A stretch of 64,000 bases of DNA from Microbacterium sp. (GTDB lineage Bacteria; Actinomycetota; Actinomycetes; Actinomycetales; Microbacteriaceae): NCBI RefSeq assembly GCF_047606385.1, contig NZ_JASGEL010000091.1, forward strand, positions 1,785 through 65,784, in the 5' to 3' direction. Shown here in pieces: positions 43,317 to 50,903 of the stretch (within the stretch, counting starts at the first letter, position 1; each line of letters starts with the position of its first letter). The position numbers were made by a program, and so were the translations under genes. The notes under the pieces were generated by a model. That model worked only from the letters and a program-made list of their open reading frames with translations, did not search any database and was not told the DNA's origin.

Positions 43317-45300
43317 GGCTCATCCCGGAGAACGCGTGCTCCACCATCTGCACCGTGATGACGGTCTCGCCGGTGGCGGTCAGCACCGTGTTCAGCCGCT
43401 CCAGCACCCGCTGGTTGACGGTCTCGCGGACGACGTGCGGGTACGCCCGCAGCTCGGTGACGAGCCGGCGTTCCGCACCGGCGCCCCACCGCGCGTCGTG
43501 CGCCTCCCGCCCGGCGCCGTAGCTGAACCCCGGCTCTCCGTCGGCCGAGCCCGGTGTCGCGCGGCGGCCGCGCTCGGCGGCGGTCGCGTCGTCGTCCACG
43601 ACGCCGGCGTCGTCGACGACGACGCCGTACTGCTCCCGGGCCTGCCTCGCGTCGAGCAGGCCCGCGTCGACGTCGGCCGCGACCAGGTGCGCAGGCCGGT
43701 CCTGCGGACGCCCGATGGCGCCGCCCGTCGGCGTGCGGAAGCTGATCGTGTCGCCGTAGCCGAGCGGCACCAGGTCCACCCGCCCGATTGCCTGTTCCCG
43801 CTCGGTGCCCGCGTTGAGGACGACGTCGCCGCGAGCGCCCGGGGCGCCGCCCGCCACTCCCCACGGCTGGAAGTGGAAGCGCTCGAGACCACGGGTCGCG
43901 ACCTCCACGCCGTCCTGCAGCGAACGCATCCGGAACTCGACGCCGACGCCGCCGCGATGCTCGCCTGGCGCGGAGGAGCCCGGAAGCAGGCCGTACTCCT
44001 CGACGAGGATGGGCATCTCCGCCTCGAGCACCTCGTTCGGGACGTTCGCCAGGTGGCCCCCGCCGCCGAACGTGGATCCGTCGACGCCGTCCAGGTGGGG
44101 ACGCGCCCCGGAGCCGCCGAGGAACGGCTGCGCCACCGCCACCTTCTGCGTGCCGGTGTGCTCGTCCATCGCGGCCACCAGCACGATCGCGGCGGAGCCG
44201 GGCCCCGCGGTGGGGAACAGGTCGGGCATGGCCTGGACGAGACAGCCGAGGATGCAGTCGTGGACGCGCATCGCGGTCGCGTAGCGCGCGCCGCACGCCG
44301 CCTCGGGCCCGGGGTGCAGGAGCGTGCCCTCGGGCGCCCGGAAGTGGATCGACCGCACCATTCCCGAGTTGTAGGGGATCGTCGGCTCCATCGTGCGCAG
44401 CCAGTTCCGGATCGGGACCGTGACCTGGTAGTGCACGGGGTGGCCGTAGGTCGGCAGGTTCAGCGCGGCGCGCACCTCGACGTCCGTGCCCTCGAAGTCC
44501 AGGTAGAGGTCGGAGCCGCGGGACTCGAGCGTGCACTCGATGCGGACCGGACGCGCGCCCGGGGCGTCGCGCTCCATGTAGTCGACGAAGCGATAGACGC
44601 CGTCGGGGATCCGCGAGAGCAGGTCCCTCGCGCGGTGCTCCGCGAGGTCCATCACGTCGCCGATCCCCTGCCGCACCGCCTCGGCGCCGTAGCGATCGAC
44701 GACCTCCAGGATCCGCTGCTCGCCGCGGTTGAGACCGGCGATCTGGGCCTGGATGTCGCCCCAGAACGGCTCGGGGATGCGGGAGTTGAGCTTGATGATG
44801 TCCCTGACCGCCGTGTTGAGCACGCCGCCTTCGTACAGCCGCACGGGCGGGATCCGCAGGCCCTCGTGGTAGATGTCGCGGCTGGACATCGCGATGCTGC
44901 CCGGCACGACACCGCCGACGTCTGACGAGTGGATGAAGGACATCGCGTAGCCCACGACCTCGTCCTCGACGAAGATCGCCTTCCACAGGAAGACGTCGGG
45001 GAGGTGGGTGGCGAGCCCCCCGGTCGAGAACGGGTCGTTGGCGATGCCGACGTCGCCCGGCCGGTAGGGCGCGAGCGCCTCGATCGCCTTCATCGTCGGC
45101 AGTCCCACCATCGAGTTGTCGGCGCGGTCCGTGGCGGTGGCGAAGACCTCGCCGTCGGGCGCGACCAGTGCGCACCCGAAGTCCGCGGTCTCCTTGATGT
45201 AGACCGTGAACGCCGTCTGCAGGACGACCGCGGTCATCTCTTCGGCGATCGACTTGAACCGGTTCTTCAGGATCTCGGTCTGGACGGCCTTGGTGGTCAC
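43309..45300 (-). CDS. hyuB: Hydantoinase B/oxoprolinase-family protein
   Basis: 663 aa with a typical HyuB N-terminus (EILKNRFKSIAEEMTAVVLQTAFTVYIKETADFGCAL). Confidence 0.9.
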   Translation of the reverse strand: MTTKAVQTEILKNRFKSIAEEMTAVVLQTAFTVYIKETADFGCALVAPDGEVFATATDRADNSMVGLPTMKAIEALAPYRPGDVGIANDPFSTGGLATHLPDVFLWKAIFVEDEVVGYAMSFIHSSDVGGVVPGSIAMSSRDIYHEGLRIPPVRLYEGGVLNTAVRDIIKLNSRIPEPFWGDIQAQIAGLNRGEQRILEVVDRYGAEAVRQGIGDVMDLAEHRARDLLSRIPDGVYRFVDYMERDAPGARPVRIECTLESRGSDLYLDFEGTDVEVRAALNLPTYGHPVHYQVTVPIRNWLRTMEPTIPYNSGMVRSIHFRAPEGTLLHPGPEAACGARYATAMRVHDCILGCLVQAMPDLFPTAGPGSAAIVLVAAMDEHTGTQKVAVAQPFLGGSGARPHLDGVDGSTFGGGGHLANVPNEVLEAEMPILVEEYGLLPGSSAPGEHRGGVGVEFRMRSLQDGVEVATRGLERFHFQPWGVAGGAPGARGDVVLNAGTEREQAIGRVDLVPLGYGDTISFRTPTGGAIGRPQDRPAHLVAADVDAGLLDARQAREQYGVVVDDAGVVDDDATAAERGRRATPGSADGEPGFSYGAGREAHDARWGAGAERRLVTELRAYPHVVRETVNQRVLERLNTVLTATGETVITVQMVEHAFSGMSHD

Positions 45301-47342
45301 GCGTCATCCCTCGCTTTCGCGACAATGTTCAACTCGGAGTCGATCACGACCGAGAAGGTCGGCGGCACGAAGATCGTCGTGTCGTCGGATTCGATGACCG
45401 CCGGCCCGCAGAACGCGTCCTGCGGGGCGAGCAGCGATCGCTCGTAGATCGCGGCGACGACGATCTCGCCGTGATAGGCGACCGGACGCCGGGTCGGCTC
45501 GGCGCTGCGCTGCCCGTCGGCGTCCACGCGGCGGGAGACGACCGGCACGGCGTTCGGCGCCACGAGCGTCACCTGGGCGGCGACGATCTCCACCGCCGCG
45601 TCTTCGTCGGCGATGCCGTATGCCCTGCGGTAGTCGCGGTGGAAGGCCTCGACCACCTCCGACACCCGGGTGGTGCCGCCGCTCTCCAGCCGCGGCAGAT
45701 CCACGTCCACCGTGAACGTCTGGCCGACGTAGCGCACCTCGGCTTTGCGGAGATAGTGGGCGTCCGCGTTCGGCGAGAGCCGGAACCACTCGCGAGCAGC
45801 CGCCTCGAGCTCGCCGAAGACCTCCTCGAGGGCGTCGTCGGAGACCGTGCGCGCCTCGACGTTGAGGCTGCGGACGACATCGTGCCGGAAGTCCGCCACC
45901 AACCCGCCCTGCGCGCACAGCGTGCCGGGCCGGTTGGGGATGATCACCTTGTCGAAGCCGATGACCTCGGCCACGAGCATGGCCATCGTCGGGCCCGCCC
46001 CGCCGTAGGCGAACAGGGCGTAGTCGGACGCCGACAGCCCGCGCAGCGCCAGCAGCGGCACGAGCTGGGCGTGCATGTTCGCGATGGCGATGTCGAGGAT
46101 GGCGCTGGACACCGATGGCACGTCGAGATCGAGCTCGTCGCCGATCGTGGAGAGCGCCGACTCCGCCGCGGCCGGCGAGAGCTCGAGCCGGCCGTCGAGG
46201 AAGCGACGAGGATTCACGATGCCGGCGACGAGGAGGGCGTCGGTGACCGTCGCCTGGGTGCCGCCGCGCCGATAGCAGGCGGGACCGGGCGTCGATCCCG
46301 CGCTCGCCGGGCCGACCTGGAGGTTCCCGCCGGGCCCGACGGTCGCGATCGAACCGCCGCCGGCGCCGATCGCGGAGATGTCCACCGTCGGGAGGATGAG
46401 CGGAAGCGCCCCGATGCGGGCCTCCGTCGAGTACGGGATCTCGCCGTCGATGATCGACACGTCCGCGCTGGTGCCGCCGATGTCGAGCGTGACGATGCGC
46501 GACTCGCCGGCGAGCCTCGCGATGTGCGTCGCCGCCGTCACGCCGGCGGCGGGACCGGACAGCAGCATGTGGACGGGGTTGTCCTTCGCCGCCTCCACAC
46601 CCATCAGCCCGCCGTTCGAGCGCGTCGTCAGGATCGGCGCCTGGATGCCCAGTTCCCGCATCCCCTCACGGAGAGCCGTGAAATACGTCCGCATCCGATC
46701 GCCGACGTACGCGTTCATCACCGTGATCAGGCCGCGTTCGTACTCGCGCTGCACGGGCCAGACGCTGCTGGAGACGCTGACGAACAGGTCCGGATACGTG
46801 CTCTCGATGATCTCGCGGACCGCGTCCTCGTGCCGCGGGTCGCGGTAGGAGTGCATCAGGCACACGGCGATCGCCTGGACGCCTGCGGCATGCAGCGACG
46901 CGACCTGCCGGAGCACCTCTTCCTCGTCGACCGGCCGCAGCTCGTCCCCGGAGGCGAGCAGGCGCGCGCTGATCTCCCGCACCAGACGGCGCGGCACGAG
47001 GAGGGGCTGCTTGACCGAGAACAGGTCCGACGGGTTCTCCAGTTTGAGCCGCGCCATCTCCAGCATGTCCGCGAAGCCGCTGCTGACGATCAGGCCCGTC
47101 GCCGCGCCGCCGCGCTCGATCAGCGTGTTGAGCGCCAGGGTCGTGCCGTGGGCGAAGTAGACGACCTCGGCGGCGTCCACGCCGTGGTCGCGCAGGAGGG
47201 TCCGCAGACCGTCGAGAACGCCCTCGGCGGGATCGTCGGGGGTGGTGAAGACCTTGAAGGCGATCACCTCGCCGGAGGCATCGTCGATCGCTGCGAGATC
47301 GGTGAACGTCCCACCGATGTCGACGCCGACACGTATGGGCAT
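45297..47342 (-). CDS. hyuA: Hydantoinase A/oxoprolinase-family protein (ATP-binding subunit)
   Basis: 681 aa with an ASKHA-type N-terminus (VGVDIGGTFTDL). 4-nt overlap with hyuB. Confidence 0.9.
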   Translation of the reverse strand: MPIRVGVDIGGTFTDLAAIDDASGEVIAFKVFTTPDDPAEGVLDGLRTLLRDHGVDAAEVVYFAHGTTLALNTLIERGGAATGLIVSSGFADMLEMARLKLENPSDLFSVKQPLLVPRRLVREISARLLASGDELRPVDEEEVLRQVASLHAAGVQAIAVCLMHSYRDPRHEDAVREIIESTYPDLFVSVSSSVWPVQREYERGLITVMNAYVGDRMRTYFTALREGMRELGIQAPILTTRSNGGLMGVEAAKDNPVHMLLSGPAAGVTAATHIARLAGESRIVTLDIGGTSADVSIIDGEIPYSTEARIGALPLILPTVDISAIGAGGGSIATVGPGGNLQVGPASAGSTPGPACYRRGGTQATVTDALLVAGIVNPRRFLDGRLELSPAAAESALSTIGDELDLDVPSVSSAILDIAIANMHAQLVPLLALRGLSASDYALFAYGGAGPTMAMLVAEVIGFDKVIIPNRPGTLCAQGGLVADFRHDVVRSLNVEARTVSDDALEEVFGELEAAAREWFRLSPNADAHYLRKAEVRYVGQTFTVDVDLPRLESGGTTRVSEVVEAFHRDYRRAYGIADEDAAVEIVAAQVTLVAPNAVPVVSRRVDADGQRSAEPTRRPVAYHGEIVVAAIYERSLLAPQDAFCGPAVIESDDTTIFVPPTFSVVIDSELNIVAKARDDA

Positions 47343-47378
47343 GCGAGGCCTTTCTGATAGCTGGAGGAGTGGTTCTCG

Positions 47379-47966
47379 TCAGACCGCCCAGGCGGCTGCC
47401 GCCTCGGGCTGGCAGCGAGGATCGCCGCCTTCGCCGCCGCGGTAGTCCGCGACCTGGCCGTCGATGACGTAGCCGGTGTCGGTGGTCATGCTCCGACACC
47501 ACTCCGGCGAGACGCACGAGCGGGCTCCGTACGATTCGACGGCGGCCATGATGACGGGCAGGCCGGCTCGCACCTCGGCCGCGCTCCGCTCGGGGTCGGC
47601 GAGCCGGACGCCGGCGGTCTCGGCCATCGCGGTGATGTCCTCGAGCTGCCTCGCCGCCCAGCCGTGGGGATCGGCGTTCAGCGCGTCGTCGAAGTTCCCG
47701 TACTCCGGCTCCATCCCCGGGAACCGGGGGTGGAAGTGCGCCGACCTGCCGTTGCCCTTCGGCAGTCCGACGGTGTCGAAGAGGTCCGCGCGCCAGAAGA
47801 TCCCGTCGATGAGGATCGGCTGGGCGACCGAGCGGCTCCCGCGCATCACGATCGGCGTGACGGTGCGCAGGTCGATGCGCGCCCCGTGCTCTTCATGACC
47901 GGTGCCGACCTCGTACCAGTGCCGGACCATGACGACGACCTCGGAGAAGTGGAACAGCGTTTGCAT
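47379..47966 (-). CDS. Hypothetical protein (195 aa), no family recognised
   Basis: I prefer ATG 47966 (MQTLFHF..., RBS GGAGG 9 nt upstream) over 47981. It ends 36 nt before hyuA. Real-protein composition, with His/Cys-containing segments (HWYEVGTGHEEH, HFHPRFPG, C-x5-C). Confidence 0.5.
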   Translation of the reverse strand: MQTLFHFSEVVVMVRHWYEVGTGHEEHGARIDLRTVTPIVMRGSRSVAQPILIDGIFWRADLFDTVGLPKGNGRSAHFHPRFPGMEPEYGNFDDALNADPHGWAARQLEDITAMAETAGVRLADPERSAAEVRAGLPVIMAAVESYGARSCVSPEWCRSMTTDTGYVIDGQVADYRGGEGGDPRCQPEAAAAWAV

Positions 47967-48041
47967 TTCTCGAACCTCCATTTCGGGCGCGTGCGTGCCC
48001 TGTGTTCTTCCTTGGGCGACGGCTGGCCTGATGGCGGGCCG

Positions 48042-49817
48042 TCAATAGACGGGTCGGACGACCTCGCCGGACTCGGGGACGTCCCATGCCGAGACGGGCG
48101 GGAGCTGGTCGATGACGTGAGGCACCCGGATGCTCAGGAATGTCGGCCCCTGCCGGTCGCGCGCCGCCCGGAGCTCGATCTCCAGCTCGTCGAGGGTGCG
48201 GACGTCCGCTCCCGGCACGCCGCATGCCTCCGCCACCTTCACGGCGTCGATCGCGCCGGGGGTCACCCCGAAATAGCGCTGGCCCATGTACAGGTGCTGG
48301 AGCATCTTTATCCAACCGTAGCTCGCGTTGTCGAACTCGATGAACAGCACCGGCAGCTGATACCGGGCCGCGGTCTCCAGCTCGCCGCAGGCCATCGCGA
48401 AACTGCCGTCGGCGGTGAAGCAGACCACGCGGCCTCCGGTGCCGATGGCGGCCCCCATGGCGGCCGGGATCGCATATCCCATCGCGCCGTGTCCTCGCGG
48501 CAGCACCACCGTGCGGCCCGGCTTGTCGAGCTCCCAGAACGAGGCGAGGTACGGCGTCGGCGTTCCCGGGTCGCCCACGGCGACGACCTCGGAGCCGAAC
48601 ACCGCCTGCACGCGCGTGACGACGTCGGCCGGCGAGAGCTTGCCGGCCTCGGTCGAGGTCGGGACGCCGGCCTCCTTCCAGGCGCGCCTCGCGGCGGCCA
48701 CCTCCGCGACGACCGCGTCGCGGTCCACGGCGAGGTCTACGCCCTCGAGCGCGTCGAGGAGCTGGCGGAGCACGGTGCGGCTGTCTCCGACGACCGCCAG
48801 GGAGCCCGGATAGTTCCTCCCGGCGCGGGTGGCGTCGATGTCGATGTGGATCACGGTCACGTCCGGTTCCCGGCGCGGCGCCCGCCAGCTGTCGGTGTTG
48901 GTCGCGTTCGCGCGCGTTCCGACGAAGATCACGGTGTCCGCGGATGCGACGTAGTCGAACGCGTAGCGGCGGGCGCCGTTGTTGCCGACCACGCCGAGCG
49001 AGTAGGGATCGTCGTCGGCGATCACGCCTTTGCCGTGGATGCTCGTGGCCACCGGGGCGCCGACACGCTCGGCGAGGGCCCGCAGCTCGGCGGCGGCGGA
49101 CGAGGTGTGCACGCCGGAGCCGGCGACGATCGCGGGTCGCTTCGCGCGGGCGATCGCCGCGACCGCGGCCTGCACGACATCGGTGGCCGCGGCGGGCCGC
49201 TCGGCGGGAAGGTCTTCGACCGAGGGAATGGCGGCGTCGGTCAGCTCGTCGCGGGCGATGGTGTGGTCGAGCACGTCCTCGGGGAAGATCAGCACCACCG
49301 GGGCGGGGCGACCCGTCGTCGCGGCGCGCAGCGCGTCGGCGACCGCCGCGGGGATGTCCGCCGGCCGTTCCACCACCCGCGAGAACTTGGTCACGGCGCT
49401 GAAGAGCTTCACCTGGTCGATCTCGGTGAGAGCCCCGGAGCCGCGGCTGGCCGTATGGATGTCCGAGGTGATGAGCAGGACGGGAATCCCCGCCGCGTAC
49501 GACTCTCCCATCGAGCCGACCGCATAGCTGCACCCGCCACCGCTGGAGACCTCCGCGACGCCCACGCGACCCGTCGTGCGCGAATAGGCGTCGGCCATCG
49601 CGAGCGCGTGACGCTCGTCTCGGGTGAGCACGTGGACGATGTCGTCGCGGTGGTCGTTCAACGCGTCGTAGAACACGACCCCGGTGTCGCCGGGAAGGCC
49701 GAAGATCTCCTTGACCCCCGCCGAGACCAGCGTCTCCACGAGCAGATCGGCGCCTCGCACCTGTCCGTCGCTCTCGGTCGTGCGCCGCTCTGCCGGTGCC
49801 GTCACTGTCACATCCAC
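48042..49817 (-). CDS. Thiamine-pyrophosphate-dependent enzyme (acetolactate-synthase-like)
   Basis: 591 aa with an N-terminal Pyr domain (GVKEIFGLPGD) and a C-terminal PP domain with TADGSFAM...N. GTG start with RBS GAGGAG. Confidence 0.9.
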   Translation of the reverse strand: MDVTVTAPAERRTTESDGQVRGADLLVETLVSAGVKEIFGLPGDTGVVFYDALNDHRDDIVHVLTRDERHALAMADAYSRTTGRVGVAEVSSGGGCSYAVGSMGESYAAGIPVLLITSDIHTASRGSGALTEIDQVKLFSAVTKFSRVVERPADIPAAVADALRAATTGRPAPVVLIFPEDVLDHTIARDELTDAAIPSVEDLPAERPAAATDVVQAAVAAIARAKRPAIVAGSGVHTSSAAAELRALAERVGAPVATSIHGKGVIADDDPYSLGVVGNNGARRYAFDYVASADTVIFVGTRANATNTDSWRAPRREPDVTVIHIDIDATRAGRNYPGSLAVVGDSRTVLRQLLDALEGVDLAVDRDAVVAEVAAARRAWKEAGVPTSTEAGKLSPADVVTRVQAVFGSEVVAVGDPGTPTPYLASFWELDKPGRTVVLPRGHGAMGYAIPAAMGAAIGTGGRVVCFTADGSFAMACGELETAARYQLPVLFIEFDNASYGWIKMLQHLYMGQRYFGVTPGAIDAVKVAEACGVPGADVRTLDELEIELRAARDRQGPTFLSIRVPHVIDQLPPVSAWDVPESGEVVRPVY

Positions 49818-49891
49818 GTCTCAGCGTCTCCTCGTCGGCCGGTGGTGCGTCCGATCGACGCGCTGTCCACGGTAACACATTGTAGACCACT

Positions 49892-49911
49892 TTGCATGCG
49901 AAGTTGTGCGC
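49892..49911. promoter_or_regulatory. Conserved 20-nt operator-like module TTGCATGCGAAGTTGTGCGC
   Basis: 18/20 identical to 42140-42159. On the minus strand it is followed after 7 nt by the -10-like TACAAT (49884-49879) and then by GTGTTACCGTG (49878-49868). It lies 75 nt upstream of the TPP-enzyme start. Confidence 0.45.
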
Positions 49912-49946
49912 GGATCTGTGCCGCCGAGCATGGCGCGGCCCTGCGC

Positions 49947-50747
49947 TCAGACCGGCCCGTCGCCCGGCACGGTCCGGGCCGGCGGAGCGCCCCAGTACGC
50001 ACGCACGAGATTGGCGTAGAGCGCGACGTAGTCCTCTTTCGAGGGCACGTCCACGAGCGTCTCCGGGCAGAGATAGCCGCTGTAGGAGTCCGCGCGCAGG
50101 AGTGCCATGAGCTCGTCGTAGGGGAAGTCGCTCGCGAGATCGTGCAGGTCGATGTGACGCAGATAGGGCCTGATCCGCTGATAGGTGGAGGCGATGCTGC
50201 CTCCCACGAGGTCGCGGTGGTCGCTGTTGTAGTGCAGTCCCAGATTCGGCCGATCGGCCAGGCGCAGGATCTCGAGGGCGAAGTGCCAATTGTTGATCTC
50301 GCCGTGCATCTCCAGCAGCAGCTCGATGCCCACCGAGGCCGCCTCGTCGGCGAGACGCTGGAGGCTCTGCGCGATGCCGGCCAGCGTGATGTCGCGGTCG
50401 ACGCCCGGATGCAGGTCGTTCCCGCAGACCCGCACCATGGGCGATGCGATGTCGTGGGCCAGCTCGATGTGCCGGATGGCGTTGTCCTCGGCCTTCGTGC
50501 GCTGCGCCGGGTCGGGACTGTCGAACCGGGCGCCCGAGCGCACGCACGCCGCCTCGAGGTAGGCGTCCTGGATCTTGTCACGGATCGCACGGCGCTCCTG
50601 TGCGCTGCGCTCGATCTCCACGCCGTGGGCGTTTCCGTACTCGCATCGGAAGTCGAGGCCGGCGAACCCCCGCCGGCGCGCGATGTCGATCATCTCGTCG
50701 AGAGTCCAGCTCTTGCCCAGGCCGTAGGACAGCAGTGAGAGCCTCAT
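49947..50747 (-). CDS. Sugar-phosphate isomerase/epimerase (xylose-isomerase-like TIM barrel)
   Basis: Start at ATG 50747 (RBS GAAGGAG), 266 aa, AP_endonuc_2-type pattern. Confidence 0.85.
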   Translation of the reverse strand: MRLSLLSYGLGKSWTLDEMIDIARRRGFAGLDFRCEYGNAHGVEIERSAQERRAIRDKIQDAYLEAACVRSGARFDSPDPAQRTKAEDNAIRHIELAHDIASPMVRVCGNDLHPGVDRDITLAGIAQSLQRLADEAASVGIELLLEMHGEINNWHFALEILRLADRPNLGLHYNSDHRDLVGGSIASTYQRIRPYLRHIDLHDLASDFPYDELMALLRADSYSGYLCPETLVDVPSKEDYVALYANLVRAYWGAPPARTVPGDGPV

Positions 50748-50826
50748 GATTGCTCCTTCATTCGATGGGTCGAGGCATGCGCTGGCGGACGCGCTCGGCG
50801 CTGCCGGAGGTCGCATGCTCATTACT

Positions 50827-50836
50827 TGCATGCAAA
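50827..50836. promoter_or_regulatory. Perfect palindrome TTGCATGCAA (island motif)
   Basis: It lies 80 nt upstream of the TIM-barrel gene start. Two more GCATGC hexamers occur within 60 bp (50814-50819 and 50775-50780). Confidence 0.4.
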
Positions 50837-50903
50837 AAAGCATACAGAAAGTGACGATCGGAGGTCGCGGAATGCCGGTCCGCCGCAGCGACCCGGCGTT
50901 CGA

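Noticed and set aside
22104-47342. Creatinine degradation pathway (creatinine/cytosine deaminase, N-methylhydantoinase HyuAB, sarcosine oxidase)
   Set aside because: The three candidate genes are present but up to 20 kb apart and in different transcription units. No N-carbamoylsarcosine amidase (isochorismatase-type) gene is visible, and the DAO proteins cannot be assigned to sarcosine from sequence inspection alone. I keep this only as one hypothesis among several.
49818-49880. Small upstream ORFs in the TPP-enzyme leader (for example a GTG-initiated 20-codon frame ending across the TPP start)
   Set aside because: These frames arise easily in GC-rich leaders. They have no RBS and I cannot assess conservation, which is too speculative to call.
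47664-50738. 1024-aa plus-strand ORF and the overlapping 884-aa minus-strand ORF 47893..50547
   Set aside because: Both have low-complexity Arg/Gly/Pro-rich translations. They overlap the TPP-enzyme and TIM-barrel genes, which have clear family motifs and ribosome-binding sites.
48042-50747. Inositol catabolism (IolD-like TPP enzyme plus IolE-like TIM barrel)
   Set aside because: No iolG/iolB/iolC/iolA-type genes are nearby, and the TPP enzyme is shorter than typical IolD. The resemblance is at superfamily level only.
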